Of a stretch of DNA of 64,000 nt, positions 37,221-48,700 are shown piece by piece (position 1 is the stretch's first letter; each line of letters opens with the position of its first letter). The notes under the pieces were generated by a model. The model saw only the letters and a list, made by a program, of their open reading frames with translations. It did not search any database and was not told the DNA's origin. The translations under genes and the position numbers were made by a program. Where the stretch lies: NCBI GenBank assembly GCA_051294905.1, contig CM119375.1:10788001-10852000 (forward strand). The letters are read 5' to 3'. Source of the stretch: Botryllus schlosseri. Taxonomy: Eukaryota.

Positions 37221-38417
37221 TCATTTCAATATGAATATACTATTTAATTGTATATTGAAGTTCTGTACCTCCAAGAAGCTCTTCAAGTAATATTTAACAA
37301 CATTGGTGATGCAAACAGTAATAAAGGTCAATGGATCTACATGTATTGACATTTGGTATACGAGCTATTCATTATTTATAAAAAGTTTTGATAAATTGAA
37401 GGCTTGCACTGGTAGCGGTTTTTATTTATTGACCCAGCAAAAGCAAAAGTAGAGTTCACCGATATGATCGGTCTGCAGGAAACAGCTATCAAGAGATCAC
37501 TTATCTTCTATTATCAGTGGAGCGAATCTCTTTGCTTATTTGTTATATATGTTAAATGTATTATCCTCAGATATCAAGTCATCAAAGACTATTGCACAGC
37601 TATGAAATTGCCTACAACATATCCAACTGATAAATACTCTAATACCTGTCGCTCAGTACTTGGGGGTAAGAACAACAGTACAGCCCAGTAACATACATAA
37701 AGCATTGTTTGCAAATAGAGATTTTACACCTGGAATTGTGGTGCTGAACTGTATGAAAACTATCAGGCCATGGCACAGTGTCTTAGTAACACAAAATATG
37801 ATTTTTCGAAAGACATATTTTCAAAATTAAATTCAGAATGCGATATTGATATATATAACATCATTTTGACATTTAAGAATGTTTATTACGGCATATGGAT
37901 ATTATATGCTCATATTATGCTTAACACTGAGCAGTCTATGAATAAGTTCACCATACTAGGCTATGACAATCATCCCATGGTTTGCAAATCAAAATTGTAT
38001 TTCACTCTCATGACAAAGACTCGCTGACCTAAATTATTTACTTGGAAAACAAATATCCCCAATAGCTCACTGAAGCATGGAACTATGACTCACTATGGAG
38101 ACTATGGTGATTCACTAGTGTTATGGAATTTGTTCATAGTTTTTCTGAACTGCACTTAGAATTATTAAGAAAGTTGACAAATACATGACTTTACTACCAG
38201 TTGAATCGATGGTCTTAATTAGCCTCACTATCAAGGCATCATAATATGATTTTTAGATGCGATTGACAGTATTTGCTTCTTCAAATACAGCAAAGAATCA
38301 GCAATTTTGATTCACACCATACAGATTCAAAAACAAAGTTCTATCAACACATCTTGAGTAGTTTCACTGTATGTATGCATGACATGTATATACCGCTAAC
38401 TTGAATAAACTTTTTCA

Positions 38418-38655
38418 GAGATAGCGTAGTGGTGAGCGTCGGCGCCATCCAAGCAGGCTGCCTGGGTTCGATTCTTGCTGTTTGAGGATATTCTGGGCTC
38501 CTCGTCCCCCCCGAGTCGCTGTCGATGAAGACTGTGACATCGGGGACTAGGTCGAGGTGGATACCCCCTATCTATTCTGTATATCACATTGTACAATGTA
38601 CATTGTGTGTGTGTCTTAGGCAGAAAGAAATATAATCTGACGAATGATTGATTGA
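38418..38655 (+). mobile_element. tRNA-derived SINE, family 1
   Basis: A box TAGCGTAGTGG, B box GGTTCGATTC (38465-38474), no acceptor stem, ATTG-repeat tail near 38645. The 3' boundary is approximate. Confidence 0.65.
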
Positions 38656-38814
38656 TTAATTCCAAAAATTGTTCATGCTTACAAAACCAGCACCGACGGC
38701 TACTAGAATTGACCCGCACTTCAGTCCATCAGTTGAAAAATAAATACTTTTTCGGTCAACAAATTTTAAAAGGTCCCTCCATATGTCTACACGAGTCTTG
38801 TAGAAAGGAAAGGA

Positions 38815-39128
38815 CGTAGTTTATTTTTGTCCTTGATGTTTTTTGCGGCATATACACCGACTCATGATACACATACACACGATCTGCGCATATGCATACC
38901 ATGAGTGCATGATGGGCATATGCCGCTGGACAAGGAAGTGCAGATATAGCCTTTACGGGTTTCCAAGCCATGCACCACCCCTTCATGCTATCCCAGTAAT
39001 GCATGAGCGCCAAGCAGGGATGTCATGGATACCAGTGTTACTAATCAGATCTTTGGTCTGACCCGACCGGGGATCGAACCCACGACCCACCGATCAAGAA
39101 GCCGGACGCTTCACCATTACGCTATCTT
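38815..39128 (-). mobile_element. tRNA-derived SINE, family 2 (full length)
   Basis: Reverse strand AGATAGCGTAATGGTG (A box) ... GGTTCGATCC (B box); body repeated at 15077-15290; A-rich tail. Confidence 0.8.
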
Positions 39129-40083
39129 ACTCACTTTGAACTTTGAGTAGCTCTCTGACTTTTTATGTTGCGTCAGAGACGCAGCAATGTCTGTAGGCAG
39201 TGTGAGTTTATCCACCAGTTTGCTTCCTCTCAGAGGTGTGCTTTCTCCATTGGTCGGACCGACTGGGGTTATTGGTACCGTATCTGTAAAATCATGTTAT
39301 TAAATGCGGTAATTGAAACTATTACAAGTTAGAAATCGCGTCCACAGATTGTTCAATCGAGCCAAGTCTCTCGGAAACGGTCTCCAATATAATAATGACA
39401 ACTATTTATCTTGTTACAGTTGTGGATCAGAAGGCCTGTTGATAGTTTTAAAGATACAGTAATTTAAAAATTAGGAAAATGCTAGAAGGGTAAATTGGCA
39501 ATGACGACAGGTCTAGTTTAGAACTTCAGAAATATCACTGAATAATTGCGAAGTCACAAGTCCAGTAGCCTAGACCACTAAGCCTAACTACCCTGTCAAT
39601 ATCAATTGAGTTTATTTTGTTAACATAACAAATACAGAAATAATGAAACAAGGAATGACGAAAAACTGGCAAATGGGATGAAGTGAAGGGATGAAAAATA
39701 ATCAAGTCTACTGCAGCCCATTCATAAGAGAAAAACAAGTTATGGTTGCATTATTGTGTACATATAATCTAATCTATTGATAAACCATATAAGTTGAGAT
39801 AAATAAAACTAAGAATACATGACACCAATGAGCAGTATTTCATAAGTTCACAATAGAGAATTAGCAAAAAAAAATATACAATACACGGATGATTTATATT
39901 TTATAATATACCGCCATACCGGTATTATATAAATAGAATAATAGGATGAAGAGACAAGTCTACTACTTCTATCCATCCCAGAACTGGGTCAAGCTTTGAT
40001 GTTCATGGCCGCAAGACAGATTCTGTAATTTTGACATTTTGATCACTTGAAAGCAAGAGATATATGATTTAATTGATTTAAGG

Positions 40084-40293
40084 CAGAGATCATAAAGGTA
40101 GCTTATACACAAGATTGCTAATCGTCTGATTAAAAACTGGTCATCATGGCAACCTACGTCGCTGGATTAAAAATTTCACCTGATGACTAGAGATAATCCT
40201 CGCGCGAAGTCCAGCTTATTGAAATTTATGTACCAGGATTACCACTTTTAATCAGATGATTATCTTCCGGATAAGCTTACTTTATGATCTCTA
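40084..40293. repeat. Short imperfect inverted-repeat element (MITE-like)
   Basis: agagatcataaag..gcttat..tctgattaaaa / ttttaatcaga..ataagc..ctttatgatctct; no TSD seen. Confidence 0.55.
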
Positions 40294-41165
40294 TAACGTA
40301 ATATATCTTGGTAATTATCTTGGCGAATATAATTATCACATAGGTTAAATCTGATATATTAGCTTGAAATGATATTTAGGAAGACCCCAATAGGGCAACG
40401 TGGCGTGATATGCTACAAGTCGTTCACTGAAGGTTCGTCAAAAGTGAAATAAACACAGCAAATAGTAGGCCTACAAGTAACCTTCTGGAGTCATCAGATT
40501 ACACAAGTTTAACATCACAAAGACATTCGCTCTGTGTGAAAATCTCCACCCTGAGATTCGAAGTCAAGAGTAGCACCAAAATTCAATTGAAACCACAATG
40601 GAGAGAAATAATCAAGTATATAAGCTTGAATAGGGAGTCAGAGTATTGAGTGAAAGTCAAAATTTCTATTTTAGAGCTTAGTAGGGGGAGCACAAGTCAA
40701 AATTCTGTGTGGTTTAGGAGCAAATTTTTGGTTATTTCAATATGACGGTTTTAGAGTCAAGAGTCATAGTGAGAATTCTCTTTGTTACTCATCTACGAAA
40801 TCGGTGTCCTGCACACGCACACTTCCTTATTTTTCATTTATTTCATATTCAATCACTTTAACTTGGAGAATCATCGCTGCTCATCTGTTATATTAGCCTA
40901 GGTAAAACGTACCGAGATTCCAGTAGAGATTGTTAGGAAGTTGGTAGGTTAAGTTAACTTGAACAATGAGCGATTCCCTAGTCATGGTCCAGTAGTCCAA
41001 TTACAATTTGCTTCAAGATATTAGTGGGGATGGGGCAGTTGGATCGGATAAGAGGGCGTGAGTGATACCATTTGGTAAAATATGTGGTTGACTTAAGGAC
41101 ACACACAATATAAGCTTTAGGTCTAGCTCTAGCCTAGCTGTCTTCGTTCAGACTAAGAGCCGTTA

Positions 41166-41262
41166 TGGAATCTCGGTTCATTTTGAAATAAATCCTGCGT
41201 ATATTATACGCATATAATAATTGAGTAATTAAACAGAAAATTCCGTGTGACGTTGCCACCGC
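41166..41262 (+). repeat. Dispersed repeat, second copy at 42759-42862
   Basis: ggaatctcggttcattt..gaaataaatcctgcgt..aacagaaaat..cgtgacgttgccacc present at both loci. Confidence 0.6.
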
Positions 41263-43351
41263 CCTGATTGTAATCGCTGACCTTTTTGCCTGATATATCA
41301 GGTGAGCAGCGATGATTTTCCAAGTTTAAGTAATTTAATAAAAAATAATTAAAAAATAAAACAGTGTGAGCACAAGACACCGATTCCATACAGGGCCACC
41401 AATTCCACTCTGGACTCAAGAGCACCATGACCTAAATGTTGGGAGTATCCATCGGAAAATGAGAGCATCAAAGATTTCAATTAATCAATTATTAATTTTT
41501 AATCAATTATTATTTAATAAATTAAATTTCGCGTGAAAGTGCTGCTTTCGCGATTGTCCTGATGTCGGTGTCGTTCCAATTAAGGACATTGTGCGCTCAT
41601 AAGCCACGAGACAACAGTCTTACTCTCTCTTCTTAGTGAGCGGAATTCAATATCATTCGAAATCATGCAGTATAACTGAAGAACACTCACCAGTGCCATT
41701 TTCGGAGCTTCCTTCACTTTTAGGGACAGATGACATGATTAATCCTCACTCACGAAACGAAGCTTTTTTTCGTGGCTTCTTCTTACTGACCAGACTTTAT
41801 CGGAAGAAAATGCAGGCTTACGGTTTTGGAAACGATAACGAAAAGACTCGCACAGTAGCCTGCGTCATGCGATAGCAAAACAACGAACGATGAAAGATTC
41901 CTGATATCCAGTGCAGCTGAAAACATTAACGACCAAAGTTGTTATTTATGCCAAGATTATTATAATATGGCTCATGTGATTTTTGTTCCTGCTGGATAGC
42001 GAAAATCGAATGTAATTCAAATGTTTACATTCGATGTTTTGAGTATACCTCAACCAGATTTGATTGAATTATAGTGGAACTAATACATATGCGTGGCAAT
42101 TTCTAGTTTCCGCATATCTGAATGTTTAGGACACCGATTTTTTTACAGTGATCACCGGGGATATCCCAATAACCCGTCTAAAAACCGTTACTTTAACCCT
42201 TAAACGTGAAATGCACGAAATATATTATCATATCTTCACTATATTTCCTTACATCGACGACATCACAAAAGCATAGTCTGTCATGCTGCAAACGACTATG
42301 CCTAAAAGATACACTGATATATCCGACATTGCAGACATCACTAAATTACATCCACCCGTAAAAATACGGTAACTTAAATTTTTGTTTTGATCTTCGTTGT
42401 CGTCTGTCGTCTGGTTTCTCAGTTTGTACTGCGTGTTTTGAGTTGTCTGGTGTCTCATATTGGCAGTGGGCATTGCGAGCAGCTCTGTTGTTATCCAGAG
42501 CAGTCTCTTGAAAGAGTCGGCGTTGCGTACGCACATGTGAGAACTGATCTCACGGATAGGGCTAGTGAGCTAGTGTGATGTGTGACCATGGCCAGCGAGA
42601 CAGAGAGAGAGTCTTTATTTTCATCCAACCAAAATACATAACACACGGCAGTGGTGGTGGTACAGAAAATATGCATGCACAGTATTCGGTATTAGATAGG
42701 AATAATCGGTGAGACAGTGAAGGTCATCTAGTCTGATCACACCAGTACCAAACCTATTTGGAATCTCGGTTCATTTTTTGAAATAAATCCTGCGTGATGA
42801 GAGCTTTTCTATAAAGAATAATTAAGCAAATGAACAGAAAATCCTGCGTGACGTTGCCACCAATTCCATTCCGGGTACCAAACAGTTACACTTGACTCTG
42901 AACAGTCTTACTGCAAGGTTTGTAATCAATAGACGTAATCTTAATTTAACTGGGAATGTGTGTGTCACTATTAAAACAGGGTGGAGTCTCTGCCGCCGCC
43001 CCTTGGCTAGTTTAGTACCCCAGTATGCGCAACGGTTCCCTGTATCACGCCGTATGTGGTGTTAGTATGGTGTGTACAACTGTACATGGCCACTTAGCTT
43101 TACTAATATCCATATAATTCATCTTACTCTTACACATCACACATGAAATGTATATGTGTACCATACTGACCCTATCTATAATTCAACTCAAGGGAATGAA
43201 TATGTTTCTGCTTTGGTAGTTTGGTCGTCACTCATCACACATACCTCCTTTGCTTACCCTATAGTGGAAATTGTTTGATTGATCTGAACATTTTATTCTG
43301 CCCAACATTATACAGTTTTACTAGTATATAATATACTGGTGGATCATATAG

Positions 43352-43954
43352 ATGGCTTCACAATGGGTAGAGTCACTCAGATCTGCTCGAAAAACTGCTT
43401 TACTGCAGGATGGCAGAAGGAAAGTCCATTTTACGTTTTCTGATGGTGAAGAACTCATTGAAGAATACGATGTGAAATCAGACGAACTTTTAATTCGCAA
43501 ATGGCGTCGGAAATCTCAACTCGGCGGCCAGAGACCATGGGAGATGGAAATTGGTGAAGACCACACCTCATCCGTGGTGCAGACCGGCTCCGACTTCTCT
43601 GAATCTGCTGCTAATCCTTTCCTATATCGCAAAGACACAAGCAAAGCATTTCAATGGAGAGTCCGAAACCTGCCTTATCTGTTAGAAACGTACAGCGTGA
43701 AGGTAGAGGGTGACGATGCCATTGTGGTACGGACTACAAACAAGAAGTATTTCAAACGCATTGAAATACCCGACATGAAAAGAGAAAACTTGAAGCTGGC
43801 GCAATCCGATCTAACCTATGCACACGCGAATAACACACTCATCATACAGTACAAAAAACCTGCGAAAATTCTGAAAATTCATGATACAATAGTCCAAGAA
43901 ATGAAGCAGTTGAAAATATCCAAAGACGGTGATGCGGACTGCCGGCCATCATGA
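43352..43954 (+). CDS. DPCD: DPCD (deleted in primary ciliary dyskinesia homologue), single coding exon, 200 aa
   Basis: KTALLQDGRRKVH..EEYD..RKWR..ESAANPFLYRKDT..FQWRVRNLPY..VRTTNKKYFK..AHANNTLIIQYKKP matches DPCD over its full length. Confidence 0.96.
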   Translation: MASQWVESLRSARKTALLQDGRRKVHFTFSDGEELIEEYDVKSDELLIRKWRRKSQLGGQRPWEMEIGEDHTSSVVQTGSDFSESAANPFLYRKDTSKAFQWRVRNLPYLLETYSVKVEGDDAIVVRTTNKKYFKRIEIPDMKRENLKLAQSDLTYAHANNTLIIQYKKPAKILKIHDTIVQEMKQLKISKDGDADCRPS

Positions 43955-44276
43955 GATAATGAGAACTTTTGAATTGAATATTCAAAATTTGGTCCTAGAG
44001 ATATCTCGCTATTAGCGTGTAGAGTAGACCTGAATACCACAGAAGTGATGAAACTGTGAACGGTGATGATTCAAATTTGAAATACAGCTGTTATTTTCTT
44101 AATGACAATCGGTGTTTAGGAGGAATGTATAGTGAACTCTGAAAACTGGAAGACCTCATAAACTAAGCTTGGCATTTCTTTATACATAATCTACCAAGAG
44201 GTCAGTTGGCTCGGAACAGACGTAGACAATTAGACTAATTGACCTGTTCTTTGAGCTTTCTCTCCTCCATGAACAG

Positions 44277-44886
44277 TAGGGGTGTTTAAAAATGACTTTT
44301 TTCTCAAATTCTACTGGCTACTTGATAAAATTGTTAGGTTACCTGATTGAAGCCTGGTTGGTTCAATTCCAACCAGTGGCCGCATTGCTACAGCAGAAGA
44401 AACTTTTCTATTTATGATATAAAAAAAAAATTGTCTGTTTACCCCAATTGTTCGGTTGTCTATAGAAACGATGTTCGCCAAATTTGGCTCAATTCCAACC
44501 AGCGGAAGCAGAGATATTGATGTCGAAAAATTTGGATTTGAATAAAACAGTATTTACGGTGGGCACAACTATAATTAATAAATAGAGAATTGGTCACCGT
44601 AAATACTATTTTATTCAAATCCAAAAGTTTTCGACGGCAATAACTCTGCTTCTTGTGGTTGGAATTAAGCAAAATTTGGTGAGAATCGTTTCGATAGACC
44701 ACCTGACAACTTCATGGGGTGAACAGAAAATTTTTTAATTCATTTTTATATAATAAATAGAAAACTTTCTTCTCCTGTATTTTGAATTGAACCAAATTTG
44801 GTGTGCAGGCTTCAAACAGGCAACCGAACAATTTTATCAAGTAGCCAGTAGAATTTGAGAAAAAAAGTCATTTTTGAACACCCCTA
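44277..44886. mobile_element. Family A MITE (TAGGGGTG subtype)
   Basis: Foldback; TSD atgaacag / atgaatag. Confidence 0.9.
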
Positions 44887-45045
44887 ATGAATAGTCACTA
44901 GAGCAAAATTTTGATATTCTAATCTAATTTGTAACGCTCCTTCTCTAATTTCTAGTTTTGCTGAAAATGTTACATAATCTGTAGTATGAAACGAGCTACG
45001 TTTGTCATTTTTATCAGAACCAACCCTGATTTGATAAGAACTGAA

Positions 45046-45658
45046 CAGAGGTGGTCAAAGTAGTCAAGAAAGCTACTCAAGTACGAGTAGAAGTAGTCCT
45101 TTTAAAAGAGGCCTAAAACTACTCGAAGTAGAAGTAGAATTGACTGACTTTAAATACACTCAAGTAAGTAAGAAGTTCTGAAAACGATCGTAATTCGTTC
45201 GCATGGACTGTTGTCCAACTATGACTAGGAAGAGAGACTTTTACGCCCTTCCTGAACCCTTGGTGATTGTGAAATAAGACTAGTGGTACCAAGGAACCAA
45301 GTGATAAATAACAGTTGTTATTGAAACAATATTTCATAATGTAAACAAACATGAACAGTGAATATGGAGGAAGTATCACAGTAGAACTACATTTCAAAAT
45401 ATACAACTGACTTGTGTGAGCGGCTAATCAGCAAAGAATTACTACACACTATAAGCAAAAATCCAGTACTATATGATGATTATACCGAATCGTTTTGTAA
45501 TATAGCAACGACGGTTCCGATTTTGAGCATACAAAAATCATGTAAAATTGTGCAACAGTATCAAAACATGAACTATAGCTACCTACAAAAAGTGAAAACG
45601 TACCCAGGCCACAAACATTGAGCCATCAAGTACAAACTTGAAAAATGACACGTGCCTG
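45046..45658. mobile_element. Degenerate hAT-like element (CAGAGGTGG, AAGTAG-rich); relatives at 53753-54225 and about 14570-14690
   Basis: CAGAGGTGG start and repeated caagta/gtagaagta units; right end and TSD unclear. Confidence 0.45.
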
Positions 45659-45716
45659 GTAATAAGCTTACGCATAGCCCTTCATCGTGAGAGACACAAA
45701 TAAAGAAATTGCCCAT

Positions 45717-48700
45717 TCACATCTTGGTCCATCTGTTCTTTTCCTGTCTCCTGTACGCTTCCAATTCCCTGTCCTTTTGAGCCCTTGCTTCGTCTAAAAG
45801 GGGCTCCGCGAATTGTTCCTCTTTCGCGGGATCCGGTGCTTTTGTGAGGTTCTTTTTGTCATCTCCCTCTTGTGGAAAGTGCCCGCAAAACGCCGCCCGC
45901 CACATGTCCATAGGATCCCTAGCATTGGAGAGTTAATTAGTGGACACAAGCAACGTACAACTGTGTGACACAGCGATTTGGGTTAATTTCACTATAATTG
46001 TTCCAAAGACCGGAGTCACGCCACGGAACTGACAGTGCTCGGAATGTGAGTCACAAGTCATATTGAGTCATTGTACATTTTGACTCGAGTCAGGTCGAAT
46101 TTTCAAAGTACGGAGCATTTTTCAACATAATTGAAGTACAGATTTATTCTCTATTTCTTCTGGATCGAATAATGAATATTCAGTTAATTATGCATGCAAA
46201 AGGGTGTTGTATCGCTCGGACAAACTGGACATAACTAAATTTCCGACAAACTTCGGCGGCACACCCAACATTTAGGCCATTACTAGAGCTGGTCACAATG
46301 ATTCTAATCCAGTGAATTTTTCAAAGCAGGCCTACAGAAATTATCCACTCCTTGCCACTAACAGGGCTGTGGAGTCGGTAAATTTTACCACCGACTCCGG
46401 CTCCGACTCCGACTCCACACATTTTCAATATACCGACTCCGACTCCTGAGTCTTTAAATGTTCCGACTCCGACTCCTGGGTCTTTAAACGTACCGACTCC
46501 CGACTCCGACTCCAGCATTATTACCAATTTACTTCGAAAATTATATGCCACATTGTCGGTTGAATGACTATCATACAACCATTAAACATATGCAAACATA
46601 TGATTAACGGTGGCACGCTAAATTGTTTCATTGTGGAACAGCTCGAATTATCCACTATGCAATTAACATGAAAGAACGATTTGCTAAATATCCTTCCTTT
46701 TTCAAGTTTTTATAACATGGACTCTCTAATATCCTGAAATGTATGAATCATTCAAATATGGCAGATATCCAATCCTGTATCATAAAAATGTAGATAAAAA
46801 ATCCAAGTGTAGCTCTTGTGTACGAGTCAGCAACTAATAAAGAGATTGAACTTGCTAATTTTGTCATTGCACACTATACTGATTACAAGCACACACACTC
46901 TTACTACTAATAGACATTGGTCATAAATGGAATTTAGTTAAGTAGCCAAAGACCATATCATATGTCTAGTCTACATGTACTTAATCAAGTATTCAAGGAT
47001 TGGGACTTGCAGTTTTCCTTAATCATTTGTTCGACCCAAACAGCTAAGCTACACTACAAATATTTTTAATTTTGTAAGTGGGAAGCATCGTTTGGTCATA
47101 TTTACATCATTTTTAAAATTTTACAAAACCAGCCGATGCATTTGCTCTGTCACAGTATCACGGTATAATTCCAAAAATTGGATCAATTTTGACTGCATCG
47201 CGAAAACACATATTGCGATTTTCTTCCCCTGTGCAACTGAGTTATAATTTGCAAGTAATGTCTAATTTTATCCATATCAGGGGTGGGCAACTTTTTCGGC
47301 CAAATGGACACATGAGATTTACGATGCTGATAACCTTTTTTTAGTCGTCCGATAGGAGCGAACCGAAATAGGTAACATTGCAAACAAGACTTATATTAAT
47401 ACGCTCTAAAATTGACAACAATATGTCATGCAAATGTGCAGTGCAATCAGGCCCTGGTCGTGCGAAGCGCGAATTTTTTTTGCAAGATAATGAATTATAT
47501 CAATAAATATGTTGCAAACATACATTGGGGGTCGCATCTGTATACCACTGGGCTCATTTGGCAAGGACTGGATTATTCGACGTTTAGACATAGCAAAATC
47601 GACGGTATCAGTGAACATGCCTCTATCATTTTGTGCAAATGTTTTGTCAACGATCTCGCTGCGAGTGCACAAGCATAGCCGCATGTTGGACGACACGTTA
47701 TCTCCTAATTGCGAATATAGTTGGACTCAATTCTGTGAATAATATGTATTTATAATTTTCAGAAGGGGGCTCAAATACTGAATGCAAGAAATCTAGTGAC
47801 AATGAATCATGCGAAGTACCGAGAAAAATTTCAAGTCAAATAAATCTGCTATGAAATATTCTACTTTATGGTCATATACGAAGATCTGGGATAAATGTGG
47901 CTGGCCCCTGGATACGTCAATGCGTCAGAACTGTTGTTTTAGTCATCATCAAATTTCGCGGTCATGCTAATCAAATTTTGGTTGGCCTTGCAATTGTACC
48001 TGATGTCATAAACAATTTCGAGAATTACCTCGCAGGCCACACCTAACCTTCTCGTGTGCCAAATTTGGCCTGCGTGCCACTGGCTGGTCGCACCTGATCT
48101 TTATGGTTATTAATAACAGTGATTGGTGGTACATGAAAATTCTATTGAAAATTCTTTGAAAGCAAATGTTTTCATGATAGAGAAGTCGGAGTCGGAGTCG
48201 AAGTCAGGGTCATTCTCACAAACTCCGACTCCGACTCCAGTCAGTATTTTCCCACCGACTCCGACTCCAGCTATTATAGTTTTCACGACTCCGACTCCAT
48301 CAAGCGAAAATTACCCAGACTCCGACTCCGACTCCACAGCCCTGGCCACTAAGAGTTGATTCATCAATGACAGTTCCAGTTCCAGTACTATTATCCACCG
48401 TGACAGCATTAAAACCTCCATTGGTTGCGAAACAACATACAAACATTTAGCATTTCGCATTAGTGGAAATAACGTATCTGTAAAGTCATGATCAACGCAC
48501 AGCGTTGTCACAAAGTGCACTGCAATATGAATTGTCAAAAAGATACGAATTTATCATTAATGCGATGGACAACTGGCATTATAGTTTTTGTGCTAGCATC
48601 AAAAAAACGTATTTGTGCTTTCCACGTCAAACTGACGTGATGTGATAATTAGTGATACTCAAATCGAAGAGTCCATTCAAAATCGCATCACTCAACTATT

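Larger units (their letters stand above)
37090..37285. mobile_element. Penelope-like retroelement mini-insertion: inverted pLTR end + direct pLTR end + 29-nt tail
   Basis: Perfect 74-bp inverted arms (37088-37161 / 37183-37256); a 29-nt extension on one arm that is homologous to 8630-8665; 12-bp direct repeat AGTAATATTTAA at 37078-37089 and 37286-37297; hammerhead core in each arm. Confidence 0.78.
31900..42473 (-). pseudogene. Scattered exons of an SLC18 (VMAT/VAChT)-like MFS transporter, probably decayed
   Basis: Open, phase-compatible exons: 42253-42473 (..YLLGIVVCSMTDYAFVMSS, TM1-like), 39135-39283 (loop) and an exon starting at 37364 (HVDPLTFITVCITNVV, TM7-like DP). Collinear fragments: GLLFA near 40440, FIPF near 39670, SIGFCNGVD near 32730, LVVIACYLP near 31950. 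Several fragments carry stops or frameshifts. The family assignment is by recalled motif similarity only. Confidence 0.4.

Noticed and set aside
38418-38485. tRNA gene
   Set aside because: A and B boxes are present, but the acceptor and T stems do not pair and the sequence continues as a SINE-like body. The same applies to the head at 39060-39128.
40170-40215. Additional hammerhead at CTGATGA
   Set aside because: Followed by CGAAG rather than GAAA, with no stem I/III pairing. Other CTGA(T/C)GA hits (for example minus strand near 1470-1505, and 34956) also lack the core.
46321-46578. ORFs with GVG/TPTP/ESES repeats (also 48123-48359, 13400-13630)
   Set aside because: Translations of MITE subterminal hexamer arrays.
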